Origin: Candidatus Levyibacteriota bacterium
GTDB taxonomy: Bacteria > Patescibacteriota > Microgenomatia > Levybacterales > GWA1-39-11
Assembly (NCBI GenBank): GCA_050255815.1
Contig: JBLMVJ010000019.1
Coordinates: forward strand, 26 to 64,025
DNA: 64,000 nt
Reading direction: 5' to 3'
In this document: positions 27,544 to 36,891 of the stretch, in pieces
Numbering within the stretch: position 1 is the stretch's first letter
Layout: each line of letters opens with the position of its first letter
Program-made: the position numbers and the translations under genes
Notes under the pieces: generated by a model
Seen by the model: only the letters and a program-made list of their open reading frames with translations
Database searches by the model: none
Told to the model about the DNA's origin: nothing

Positions 27544-28464
27544 TTAAATTTTAACTTGATTCTTTGGTTGTATTGGTCCTAATGGAATACTATCAGTTGG
27601 GTCATCTATAAAAAAGTAGAGCACCGGTCCGCGCTGTGCTCCGTCTACCCGCTCTAAGTATCTCATAACTTCCGGGGATCCGCCCAAATGCTTTCCCGTG
27701 GATTCCCCCGGTCCGGCGTCTGCAATATCCACTATCATAGATTTTCCATTCTCAGGATTTACTACCAGCATTTTCCGGTATTTAAAAAACTCTATATACC
27801 GCTTTACATCATCATGGAATCCAGGTGCTAAAAATGTCTGGACCGCAATATAATATTTCTCCCTGTCTTTATCTTTCTGAGTTAAGTCAAACTTTGATTT
27901 TGCAAAATATCCCCATGCCCCTAAACCCGGCGCCATACCTGAATCTGAAAAGGTATTAAATTCTTCATCAGTATTAAAATGGCCTCCTCCTACCGAATCT
28001 CCTGGATAGAGTGCAAGATGCTGCTCTGCGCCTATGAGCCCGTAAGACCTGTTTAGCCTGATTCCCTGCAGTTCTGCTGAAATCGGCATATTAAAATCGC
28101 GTGAAAGGATTCCGGAAATTTGCTTTTCTTCTTCCGGAGTTAATTCCCGCACATCAGACGGCAATGCGCTGTGCAGATCTGAAATTAAAAACTCCGAAGA
28201 GGAAGGGGCAAACGCATGTTGTTCAACTGCGGGCAGTATTTTTGGAGGCAAGGAAGGTAGTGAATTGGTAAGGAGGATCATAGCTCCTAAACTACCGGCA
28301 GCAAGATTAGCAGGATACGTGGTTAATGCAGAAAGTGCACTCTTGTGTGTTTCAACCAGTTTATTTTTAATGTCTGCATGTTTTTGACTAAATACCGATT
28401 TTAAGTCCTGAAAAACAGAATCTCCCACACTGATATTGTTTCTTAAATAGAGGAGCAATGTCAA
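27544..28464 (-). CDS. RlpA-like double-psi beta-barrel (DPBB) domain protein
   Basis: C-terminal KMLVVNPENGKSMIVDIADAGPGESTGKHLGGSPEVMRYL resembles the RlpA/expansin DPBB core (v.NleNGksvvvri.DrGP...iDLS..A). N-terminal hydrophobic segment. Confidence 0.5.
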   Translation of the reverse strand: MTLLLYLRNNISVGDSVFQDLKSVFSQKHADIKNKLVETHKSALSALTTYPANLAAGSLGAMILLTNSLPSLPPKILPAVEQHAFAPSSSEFLISDLHSALPSDVRELTPEEEKQISGILSRDFNMPISAELQGIRLNRSYGLIGAEQHLALYPGDSVGGGHFNTDEEFNTFSDSGMAPGLGAWGYFAKSKFDLTQKDKDREKYYIAVQTFLAPGFHDDVKRYIEFFKYRKMLVVNPENGKSMIVDIADAGPGESTGKHLGGSPEVMRYLERVDGAQRGPVLYFFIDDPTDSIPLGPIQPKNQVKI

Positions 28465-28485
28465 GAAAAATGAGAATAGAGGAGA

Positions 28486-29589
28486 TTACGAAGCCCTGCC
28501 AAATCTCACTACTGCGCCTGCCGCCATTAATCCCGCCCCAAAACCAACCATCACGCTGGTATTCCCCTGATGGAGACTTCCCTCCCTGACCAGACGATCC
28601 ATAAGCTTTGGAATGGAAGCAGAAGACATATTTCCATCTTCCTGGTCCCGCCCCACCAGGCCATATTCCCCTTTTAGTTTTTTAGCCTGCCATTCAGTAA
28701 TTTTTCTGCTTCCCTGATGAAACAAAACAGCAGCTATATCTGAAGGATTAAGGCCGGCATCATCCACTAAAGACCTGGTAAAATCCGGTATCACCCTGGC
28801 CATTTTTTCCAAAACATGATGGCCATCCATATGCACTATTCCATCAGGTGAAACAGGCGCTCTTTTTATAAGGACTTGTCCTTTCAAAAGGGTAAAGTCC
28901 ACAGGCATTTGAAGAAGTTCATCTTCTTCCCTGGTAAAAGCATCCGTGGATTTTGCAGTGAGAATGGAAAGATCTTCCCCCAACGTAAAGGAAACCGCAG
29001 CTGCACCATCTGAAAAAATAGTCTGTGCCATATGCGGATCTCTTTCTCTGGATTCAGGATCTTCTAAATTCGCTAAATAGGGATGGTATTTTTCAGTTGC
29101 AACAAATAATACCCTTGCTCCCTCCAGCTCCTTTCCCTGTCTATGCAGCCAATCCAAACCCGCAGCAAAGCCTGAGCAGGCCATATGTATGTTTAACCTG
29201 TTTGAAGGCAGGACTCCTAAACGGTATGCATCATTTATTCTAAACGCTAGATCTTGTCCGGTAGGAAAACTGGAAGAGACCAATAATACGTCAGCGCCGG
29301 ATGGATGAAGACCTTCCACTGCTTTCATGGCCATAAAGAGCGGCGTCTCTTCCGGACTTGCTATAAACCGCTGTTTTACCCCAATAAGATCTTCCATCCC
29401 TTCCGCGGTTAATGGTTTTCCCGTACCTGAAGTAAGGCCCCAGGATACCATTTCTTCATTCGTAAGCACTCTTTTTGGCTGATATAAACTTGTTTTAACG
29501 GTAGGAAGCTGAGGAAACTCCCTATGTTCTACAATGTGCCTGAACTCTTGCAATGGACCGCGGGAAGGTCTAGAATCTGGTGAATACAT
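28486..29589 (-). CDS. 3-oxoacyl-ACP synthase III-like (FabH/KAS III family) condensing enzyme A
   Basis: Catalytic triad context: Cys in NIHMACSGFAAGLD, His in LFHQGSRKI, Asn in GNMSSASIP. FabH-like N-terminus. Confidence 0.8.
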   Translation of the reverse strand: MYSPDSRPSRGPLQEFRHIVEHREFPQLPTVKTSLYQPKRVLTNEEMVSWGLTSGTGKPLTAEGMEDLIGVKQRFIASPEETPLFMAMKAVEGLHPSGADVLLVSSSFPTGQDLAFRINDAYRLGVLPSNRLNIHMACSGFAAGLDWLHRQGKELEGARVLFVATEKYHPYLANLEDPESRERDPHMAQTIFSDGAAAVSFTLGEDLSILTAKSTDAFTREEDELLQMPVDFTLLKGQVLIKRAPVSPDGIVHMDGHHVLEKMARVIPDFTRSLVDDAGLNPSDIAAVLFHQGSRKITEWQAKKLKGEYGLVGRDQEDGNMSSASIPKLMDRLVREGSLHQGNTSVMVGFGAGLMAAGAVVRFGRAS

Positions 29590-29693
29590 AATTCTTTAAT
29601 ACTGCAAATTATACAGGAAGAAGAACTAATGTCTATAAGAAGTTCAAATTTTTCTTACATTTTAAAAACCCGTTTTAAGTTAAAGTAAAAACC

Positions 29694-30848
29694 ATGAGTA
29701 AAATTGAGAGAGAGAGAATACCCGCAATCACCGGAGTAGGCGCTGCATTTGGAAAAAATGAAATATCAAATGAGAGAGTGTCACAACTTCTTGGTATACG
29801 TGAAAAAACGATAGGACGAATGATGAGTATGACCGGAGCTGGAATCGAGCATAGAAGATGGGTTGACTCTTCACAGTTAGGGGTAACACAAACTCTAACA
29901 AACCCTAACGATCCAAAAGATCCTAATTACTGGAAAGAGCATGGACTAGAAGTTGCCGCATCTGATTTAGCCTCAGAAGCACTTCTCAGAGCATCGGAAA
30001 TGGCAGGAATTGATGTAAAAAATATTAAAGCTATTGTTGGCGCTTCAGGTTCACAAGATTTGAGAGGAGTCCCAATTGCAGCCATGATTCAGGATAAACT
30101 TGGACTCCCCAGAAGCACAAGAGCACATGATGTCTATTCCGCATGTCCTGGATGGCTTCAGGCGCTCAGAAACACGTACGACAGTTTACTTAGTCCTCTA
30201 ACTGAAGGAGGACCACAAGCTGCGATTGGATCTGAGGTGCTAAGCCCAATCCTAAGCAAAGAAAGGTCTTCACTTTTTGTACTATTTGGTGATGCAGCAG
30301 GAGCAACTGTTGTAGATAATGTAATACCTGATGAAGGAGCTCCAAAAGTTATGGCATTTGAATTTGGTTCAGATGGTTCTCTTGCGCAAGAATTGTGCAT
30401 GCCAGGAGGGGGGAGTAAATATCCAAGCAGCCAAGAAACTCTTGATGCAGATCTACACACTCTTTTAATGAATGGTCCTGTTGTAGCTGAGCACGCTGTT
30501 AACTACATGGCAGAAGCAACACAAGCAGCATTAAAAAAAGCGGGAATCTCAAGAGAAGATGTAGATTGGATTATCCCACACCAGGCAAATAGAGGAATTA
30601 TGGATGATACATACAAGAGAATTATGGGAGACACAGCAGATGCAGCGGGAATTCCCTATGGAAATATGATTGCAACGGTACATAAATACGGAAATACATC
30701 TGCCTCAACCATTCCTATAGCTATGGCAGAAGCAATCCAAGAGGGAAAACTGAAGAGGAATCAATTGGTCGTGGTTACTTCATTTGGAGCAGGATTTGTT
30801 TATGGAGCCGCCGTCCTCTCTATGGTCGGCCTCCCAAAGAAAGCTTAA
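29694..30848 (+). CDS. 3-oxoacyl-ACP synthase III-like (FabH/KAS III family) condensing enzyme B
   Basis: Cys in VYSACPGWLQAL, His in IIPHQANRGI, Asn in YGNTSASTIPIA. Divergently transcribed from enzyme A. Confidence 0.8.
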   Translation: MSKIERERIPAITGVGAAFGKNEISNERVSQLLGIREKTIGRMMSMTGAGIEHRRWVDSSQLGVTQTLTNPNDPKDPNYWKEHGLEVAASDLASEALLRASEMAGIDVKNIKAIVGASGSQDLRGVPIAAMIQDKLGLPRSTRAHDVYSACPGWLQALRNTYDSLLSPLTEGGPQAAIGSEVLSPILSKERSSLFVLFGDAAGATVVDNVIPDEGAPKVMAFEFGSDGSLAQELCMPGGGSKYPSSQETLDADLHTLLMNGPVVAEHAVNYMAEATQAALKKAGISREDVDWIIPHQANRGIMDDTYKRIMGDTADAAGIPYGNMIATVHKYGNTSASTIPIAMAEAIQEGKLKRNQLVVVTSFGAGFVYGAAVLSMVGLPKKA

Positions 30849-30854
30849 AGCTTT

Positions 30855-31772
30855 TTACTTTATCCCTAACATTCTGTTAATTAATTTTTTTGACCCTACT
30901 ACTGCTTTTATCCCCTCTATCCTTGCCACATCCTCATTATTTGAAATCACTCTGACCAGTTTTCCATCAATTCCTCTTTTTGACCCTTCGCCTGCTGCAT
31001 AATATGCAACACCATCTCCCTGCTTTAGCCTAACTCCGCCAAATTCAACCGGACCTACCTGCCCAAACAACGGCACAATTTCTCCATCAAAGCTCTCAGG
31101 AGAAAGCAAAGCAATACCTGCTGTTTGTGCTGCTGCCTCTATGATAAAATCTTCCGGCAAAACTTCAGGACTGTGGTCGTGCGAATATGCTACCGTAAGG
31201 CTTGAAATATTTGTTGTTTCATCCCCATTTTCATTTGTAATTTTGACATTATATGTCGCACTCTCTCTTGTTCTTTTCAATAATTCGGGGATAACGGTCA
31301 GCGAGTGTGTTCCATCAGCTAGAACAGGCCTATTAAACTGGGCAAGATCAAAACGTGCAAGTCTTGAAAAATGGCTATTTCCTGCATCCAGCTCTATTTC
31401 CTGTATAGCTTCAACTGCCGCTCTAATTTGTTTATGCCCGGGGAAAATAAGGGGAAAACCGTTTTTTATATTGAGATGACCACGGGCTTTTTCCGGAATT
31501 ACGGGAACTATTGCAGCAACTACTTTCCCTCCTTCAAAAATAAGTCCATCAGGATCTATCATAGGAAGTGCTCTGGGAAGTGTTACCTGATCTCCGGAAA
31601 CAATTCCTCTTCCTACCCCTACCGGCATACCTAAGATTTCAGCTCTTTGTAATGACTGTATTCCTATGGCATCCGGTGTTCCATACCACGTTCCCAGTGC
31701 TTTTTGTGCATCAATTAAACCGGTAAGGGCTCTTTCTGCAGATGTTTTTCCGGTTTCTGCTGGTTGTGTCAT
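30855..31772 (-). CDS. Tandem double-hotdog FabZ-like dehydratase-type protein
   Basis: C-terminal half aligns with FabZ (HDHSP..FIIEAAAQTAGI..YYAAGEGSKRG..GKLVRV). N-terminal half carries a second degenerate hotdog (FPLIFPGH..AAVEAIQ). Start set at MTQPAETGK (31772); the track start 31847 would overlap the FabG-like gene by 58 nt. Confidence 0.6.
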   Translation of the reverse strand: MTQPAETGKTSAERALTGLIDAQKALGTWYGTPDAIGIQSLQRAEILGMPVGVGRGIVSGDQVTLPRALPMIDPDGLIFEGGKVVAAIVPVIPEKARGHLNIKNGFPLIFPGHKQIRAAVEAIQEIELDAGNSHFSRLARFDLAQFNRPVLADGTHSLTVIPELLKRTRESATYNVKITNENGDETTNISSLTVAYSHDHSPEVLPEDFIIEAAAQTAGIALLSPESFDGEIVPLFGQVGPVEFGGVRLKQGDGVAYYAAGEGSKRGIDGKLVRVISNNEDVARIEGIKAVVGSKKLINRMLGIK

Positions 31773-31789
31773 ATGAAGTTGAAGTATAC

Positions 31790-32659
31790 CTATGCGAGAG
31801 TGAGAATGTGTCCGCTTTCCGGAAGTGTTGCAAGAAATGGCATGCACCTGGCAATTTCTTCAGGTTTAAATTCTTTTCCGGCAGGAAGTACATCCACAAG
31901 GCTCTGTTTATTGTCTGCTGACATAGTAGATGTTAAATCCGTATCAGTTAACCCTATTCTAAAGATAGCTGTTTTAATGCCTCTGGGTCCATACATAGGG
32001 TCTTGGGCAGCGACTTCAGCAACTGCCTCCATAGCGCGTTTTGATGCGGCATAATTTATCTGTCCGGGGAATCCTTCCTGCCCAACACTGGAATTAAATA
32101 TAATCATCCCTCCCTGAGGATCTTTATTTTTCATCATAACCCTGGCTGCTGCCTGGGTGACAAAAAATGCACTATCAGCATTTGTCCTCATAACGTCATA
32201 CCATTCTTCCGGCTTCATTCTCATGGTAATATTGTCCCGGATAGTTCCGGCATTATTTATAACCACATCTATCCGCCCTAAGCCTTCCACTGCCCCATCT
32301 ATTAACTGTTTTGCTCCTTCCGGAGTAGAGACATCTGCCTGGATAAAAATAGCCTCTCCGCCCTTTTCTTTTATGTTCTCAACCAAACGGCTTCCTCTTT
32401 CTTCATCTCTTCCGTTAATAACAACTTTCATGCCGTATTCTGTTGCAAGATGAATTGCGGTTGCTGCCCCAATTCCTCTGGTTGAACCTGTTATAACAGC
32501 AATCTTTCCTTCTAATTCACTTTTTTCAATTCTGGGAAGTTGGTCAGGAGAAGAAATAAAAACACCTAATCTTTTTGCAACGTTTTCCGGAGTAAAAGAA
32601 AAATCTTTTTTAAGGGTAATGCCCTGAGGAACACCGGGACGTACGTCTGGTTGAGTCAT
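31790..32659 (-). CDS. SDR-family 3-oxoacyl-ACP reductase-like (FabG-like)
   Basis: GKIAVITGSTRGIG cofactor motif, NNAG, and catalytic S...YAASK. ~45-aa N-terminal extension. Confidence 0.85.
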   Translation of the reverse strand: MTQPDVRPGVPQGITLKKDFSFTPENVAKRLGVFISSPDQLPRIEKSELEGKIAVITGSTRGIGAATAIHLATEYGMKVVINGRDEERGSRLVENIKEKGGEAIFIQADVSTPEGAKQLIDGAVEGLGRIDVVINNAGTIRDNITMRMKPEEWYDVMRTNADSAFFVTQAAARVMMKNKDPQGGMIIFNSSVGQEGFPGQINYAASKRAMEAVAEVAAQDPMYGPRGIKTAIFRIGLTDTDLTSTMSADNKQSLVDVLPAGKEFKPEEIARCMPFLATLPESGHILTLA

Positions 32660-32810
32660 AGGTTAAAAAGAATACTACTCCTGGAAGAAAAAAGAGTCAA
32701 TATAGGATGTAAAACTCTTACATTTAAAAATTTGAAATATTTAATTTTAAAAATTGGTTAAGAATTAAAGTTCTAAATTAAAAATTTTCGAGGAACTACT
32801 GTTAGAGATT

Positions 32811-35279
32811 TTATCTCCCAATTGAGTCTTCTACTTCTTTAATCCGCACCGCGGTCTTGAGGACGGTGTCCGGATTGAGGGATATGGAGTCTATTCCCTC
32901 TTTTACTAAGAACTCTGCCAGCTCAGGGAAGTCTGATGGACCCTGTCCGCAAATTCCCACCTGCAGACCTTTCTCATGGGCTTTTTTAATGAGGGTGGAG
33001 ATTAACGTATGGACGGATTTATTCATTTCATTGCCAATATGCGCCACTAATTTAGAGTCACGGTCCAATCCTAATGTAAGCTGCGTCAAATCATTAGACC
33101 CTATGGAAAAACCGTCAAAAATATCCGCATATTCTTCTACCTGCAAAATGTTTGATGGGATTTCTGCCATCACCCACACATGGAGTCCCTCATCTAACTC
33201 TTCTTTGTGTTCTTTGTTGCGCTCATGATCATGGCTGAGTCCATGTTTTGCCATTTCTTCAATAACCTTTTTCCCTTCCTCCGGCGTCCTGCAGAATGGG
33301 ATCATAACCTGCAAGTTATGAAGTCCCATATCATTTCTTACTTTCATTACTGCCTTACATTCTAAAGCGAATGCGTCAGAAAACTGCGGATCAGTGTAGC
33401 GGCTTGCCCCGCGCCATCCTATCATAGGGTTTTCTTCATGCGGCTCAAATAGTTTCCCCCCAATAAGCCCGGCATATTCATTTGATTTAAAATCACTAAA
33501 TCTCAAGAGTACTTCGTGAGGATAAAATGCAGCGGCCATAATAGCAATACCATATGCTAACTTATCAATATAATAATCTACCCGGTTGTGGTACCCTGCG
33601 GTTAACTGGTCTATCTGCTTCTTAACTTCCTGGTCTTCTAAAGAGTCGTATTTTAATAGAGCATTCGGATGGATTTTAATAAAGTTAGAAATAATAAACT
33701 CTTCGCGGGCAAGACCAACTCCCATATTAGGTATAAAGGAATAGTTAAAAGCAAGCTCAGGGTCTGCCGCAATCATTTTTATTTTAGTCTTTGGCAGCTG
33801 GAACCCTGAAAGGTCTGTTTTATCTATCCTGAATGGTAAAATTCCTTCATAGACCACCCCGCGTTCACCCTCCGCGCAGGAAACTGTAATTTCCTGTCCG
33901 TTTGGTACTACCTTTGTTGCTTCACCGCAACCTACTATTGCAGGTATACCTAACTCCCGGGAGACAATAGCCGCATGGGAGGTACGTCCGCCTGAGTTGG
34001 TAACAATGGCTGAAGCTATCTTCATGATAGGCTCCCAGTCAGGGTCAGTAATTTCAGCAATCAATACTTCCCCTTTTTGGAATTCACTCAACTGGCTGGG
34101 GTCTTTAATAAACCGCGCTTTTCCCTGTCCAATTTTTCTTCCCACTGCCGCTCCGGTGATTAACTCTTTCCCTTTTTCCAAAAGCACACACTCTTCAAGG
34201 GACGTCCCGTCTTTTCTTGCCTGTACTGTTTCCGGCCTGGCCTGCACTATATACAACTCTTTTGTTTCTCCATCAAATGCCCATTCCATGTCCATAGGTT
34301 TCTGGTAGTGCTCTTCTATCATGAGACCCCAGCGGGAAAGCTGCAGGATATATTCATCTGAAAGAACAAAAGCCTGGCGGTCATTTGGGGGAACCGGAAC
34401 GTCTTTTGTAGGAGAGGTGCCCTCATTAGAATAAATAAGTTTCTTTTCTTTACTCCCTAATTTTTTACTGATAATAGCGTTGAAACCTTTTTTCAGGGTT
34501 GGCTTAAAAACCATAAACTCATCCGGGGTTACAATCCCTTTCACCACATATTCCCCTAATCCCCATGAACCATTTATCAGAACCACATCCCTGAATCCGC
34601 TTTCTGTATCCAGGGAAAACATCACCCCGGATGCGCCCCTATCAGAACGTGCCATTTTCTGGACTGCCACAGAAAGCGCTATCTTAAAGTGGTCAAATTT
34701 CTGGTCAACACGGTAGGAGATAGCGCGGTTAGTAAATAGGGAAGCAAACGCTTTTTTAATTGCATCCATCAGGGAGCGTTCTCCTTTAATATTTAAATAT
34801 GATTCCTGTTGGCCGGCAAAGGAAGCATCCGGCAAGTCTTCTGCGGTAGCAGAAGACCTCACCGCAACATCTAGGTCTTCTTTATTTATATTAAGCTTTT
34901 CTGCCATCTTTGCGTAAGCCTCTCCAACCGCTGCATTCATTTCATCCGGGAATATGGCAGACATGATCATTTCCCTGATCTTTTCGCCGGCTTGTTCTAA
35001 TTGTTTAATATCCTGGGTATTCAGACCATCTAGTACTTCTGAAATTTTCTTATCAAGCTGGTTCTTCTCAATAAAATATTTGTAAGAGTAAGAGGTTACC
35101 GCAAAACCGTAGGGTACTTTTATGCTTTCGTTTGGAAAAAGTTGGGATGATGCGTGGGTGAGGTTCTGGAACATTTCCCCCAGGTTTGCATTCTTTCCTC
35201 CTACCAGAGGTATATCATTCTTATTAATCTCATCAAACCATAATACAAATTGCTCTTCACGGGCAGCCATAATATCCAT
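32811..35279 (-). CDS. ppsA: Phosphoenolpyruvate synthase (PEP-utilising enzyme)
   Basis: N-terminal ATP-grasp start (FVLWFDEI..PLVGGKNANLGEM), phospho-His domain GGRTSHAAIVSRELGIPAIVG, C-terminal PEP-utilisers TIM barrel. 822 aa. Confidence 0.9.
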   Translation of the reverse strand: MDIMAAREEQFVLWFDEINKNDIPLVGGKNANLGEMFQNLTHASSQLFPNESIKVPYGFAVTSYSYKYFIEKNQLDKKISEVLDGLNTQDIKQLEQAGEKIREMIMSAIFPDEMNAAVGEAYAKMAEKLNINKEDLDVAVRSSATAEDLPDASFAGQQESYLNIKGERSLMDAIKKAFASLFTNRAISYRVDQKFDHFKIALSVAVQKMARSDRGASGVMFSLDTESGFRDVVLINGSWGLGEYVVKGIVTPDEFMVFKPTLKKGFNAIISKKLGSKEKKLIYSNEGTSPTKDVPVPPNDRQAFVLSDEYILQLSRWGLMIEEHYQKPMDMEWAFDGETKELYIVQARPETVQARKDGTSLEECVLLEKGKELITGAAVGRKIGQGKARFIKDPSQLSEFQKGEVLIAEITDPDWEPIMKIASAIVTNSGGRTSHAAIVSRELGIPAIVGCGEATKVVPNGQEITVSCAEGERGVVYEGILPFRIDKTDLSGFQLPKTKIKMIAADPELAFNYSFIPNMGVGLAREEFIISNFIKIHPNALLKYDSLEDQEVKKQIDQLTAGYHNRVDYYIDKLAYGIAIMAAAFYPHEVLLRFSDFKSNEYAGLIGGKLFEPHEENPMIGWRGASRYTDPQFSDAFALECKAVMKVRNDMGLHNLQVMIPFCRTPEEGKKVIEEMAKHGLSHDHERNKEHKEELDEGLHVWVMAEIPSNILQVEEYADIFDGFSIGSNDLTQLTLGLDRDSKLVAHIGNEMNKSVHTLISTLIKKAHEKGLQVGICGQGPSDFPELAEFLVKEGIDSISLNPDTVLKTAVRIKEVEDSIGR

Positions 35280-35359
35280 GCTACAGCATTTTAAGAATTT
35301 GGTAAAGAGGCATTCTTACAAAGTAGGAAAAGTGCGTAATTTTGGGTATAATATCTCCT

Positions 35360-36325
35360 ATGCCAAAAGTCAGGAAAAGGGTAGGCCGTCCAAAAAAAAT
35401 ACCAAGAAAGCAGAAATCTGTAGTTAAAATTTTTGAACATGATTTTTACAGGCATTTCATGTATACCCTATTCCTCCTTCTCATATCATCCCTTGCCACC
35501 TCTTTTGTCTGGGCGGCATTTACCCAAAAACCAAATCCCGTAACTTCTCTTTTTTTGAAAAATGACGTTAAAAAACCTTTGGCAAATGGGTATAAGTATG
35601 AAGAAAAAGGAAGTCCATTTGATATCCATATTAATGATAAAAATTCTCAAGTTATTTTTAACGGAGACCGTTCTAAAAAGCGGATCGCACTTACCTTTGA
35701 TGCTGAAATGACTGATTCTATGAAAGCAGCTGTTTTGAGCGGCAAGGTTTCTTATGACAAACGGATCATAGATATTTTAAATAGGACACAAACAAAAGCC
35801 ACTCTGTTTTTAACCGGCATGTGGATAGAGTTGTATCCAAAAGAGACTGAAGAATTTTCCAGCAATCCACTACTTGAGCTAGGAAGCCATTCATACACAG
35901 ACAGTTCTTATGACGGGTATTGTTTTGGCTTAACGCAACTCCATAATAGGGTAAAAATTGAAGAGATTGGGGCAACGGAAAAATTATTGCGGGAACATGG
36001 ACATATAGATAATTTTTTGTTCCGCTTTCCCGGCGGCTGCTATAAACCGGAAGACATAAAACTGGTAAACCAGGCAGGTGACATAGTGGTGCACTGGGAT
36101 GTAGCTGCTGAAGATGGGTTTAATGAAAATACGGACTCTATAGTAAAAAACGTGGTGTCAAAAACACAAAACGGGTCTATTATAGTTATGCACATGAACG
36201 GCGGGCCTACCGCACCCAAGACGGCAGACGCGCTGCCGGAAATTATTTCCCAACTCAGGCAAAAAGGGTTTGAATTTGTTAAAGTAAATGAGCTGTTGAA
36301 CTCAGCACCTGAACCCAGAGGATAA
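35360..36325 (+). CDS. Polysaccharide deacetylase (CE4 / NodB homology domain), membrane-anchored
   Basis: NodB motifs IALTFDA, GSHSYTD, FRFPGG, IVMHMNGG. First ATG at 35360 lies 7 nt after a TATAAT (leaderless-like). The track uses TTG 35342; alternative start MYTLF at 35459. Confidence 0.8.
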   Translation: MPKVRKRVGRPKKIPRKQKSVVKIFEHDFYRHFMYTLFLLLISSLATSFVWAAFTQKPNPVTSLFLKNDVKKPLANGYKYEEKGSPFDIHINDKNSQVIFNGDRSKKRIALTFDAEMTDSMKAAVLSGKVSYDKRIIDILNRTQTKATLFLTGMWIELYPKETEEFSSNPLLELGSHSYTDSSYDGYCFGLTQLHNRVKIEEIGATEKLLREHGHIDNFLFRFPGGCYKPEDIKLVNQAGDIVVHWDVAAEDGFNENTDSIVKNVVSKTQNGSIIVMHMNGGPTAPKTADALPEIISQLRQKGFEFVKVNELLNSAPEPRG

Positions 36326-36330
36326 TCTGG

Positions 36331-36870
36331 TTATAAAATCTGTTTGAGCAGGTCAAAATCATGTTCAAAAACAATCTTAAATTTTTTAAATCTAATAGCG
36401 GCAGAAGGGTGGTACATAATGAAATATTTCCCTTCCTCCAACTTCCCGTGTTCTTTTGACACCTGCACATCACGTCCTAAAACCGCCAAGCATGCCACCC
36501 TTCCCATAGGTACTATGATCCTGGGATTAATAATAGCAACCTGTTTTTTAAAATGGATGAGGCCATGTTCTATGTCTGAAGGTTTTGGGGTTTTATATTC
36601 CGGCAAATACTTTACCGGACTCGTAATGTAAACATCCTCTTCTTTCAATCCAATCCGGCGAATATTTTCCCGTAATAATTTGCCTGAGCGGCCAATAAAC
36701 GGTCTTCCGGTTGCAGATTCATTTCTTCCGGGTGCTTCCCCAACAAACAAAATATCTGCATCCGGATTCCCTTCCCCCGGAACCGCCTGGCCTACTTTCC
36801 CTCTTTTACACTCGTCACAATGTTCTATTTCAAACGCAATCTTATCCAATTCTCTTTGCTTGCTATCCAT
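36331..36870 (-). CDS. Uracil-DNA glycosylase, family 4
   Basis: GEGNPDADILFVGEAPGRNE and GRPFIGRSGKLL motifs. N-terminal Cys cluster (HCDECKRG) of Fe-S family-4 UDGs. Confidence 0.85.
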   Translation of the reverse strand: MDSKQRELDKIAFEIEHCDECKRGKVGQAVPGEGNPDADILFVGEAPGRNESATGRPFIGRSGKLLRENIRRIGLKEEDVYITSPVKYLPEYKTPKPSDIEHGLIHFKKQVAIINPRIIVPMGRVACLAVLGRDVQVSKEHGKLEEGKYFIMYHPSAAIRFKKFKIVFEHDFDLLKQIL

Positions 36871-36891
36871 TTCACACTATTCTAGCAGGTA

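Noticed and set aside
35342-35359. TTG start for the CE4 deacetylase as given by the ORF track
   Set aside because: The first ATG at 35360 is preceded by TATAAT at leaderless spacing. The TTG codon overlaps the -10 element.
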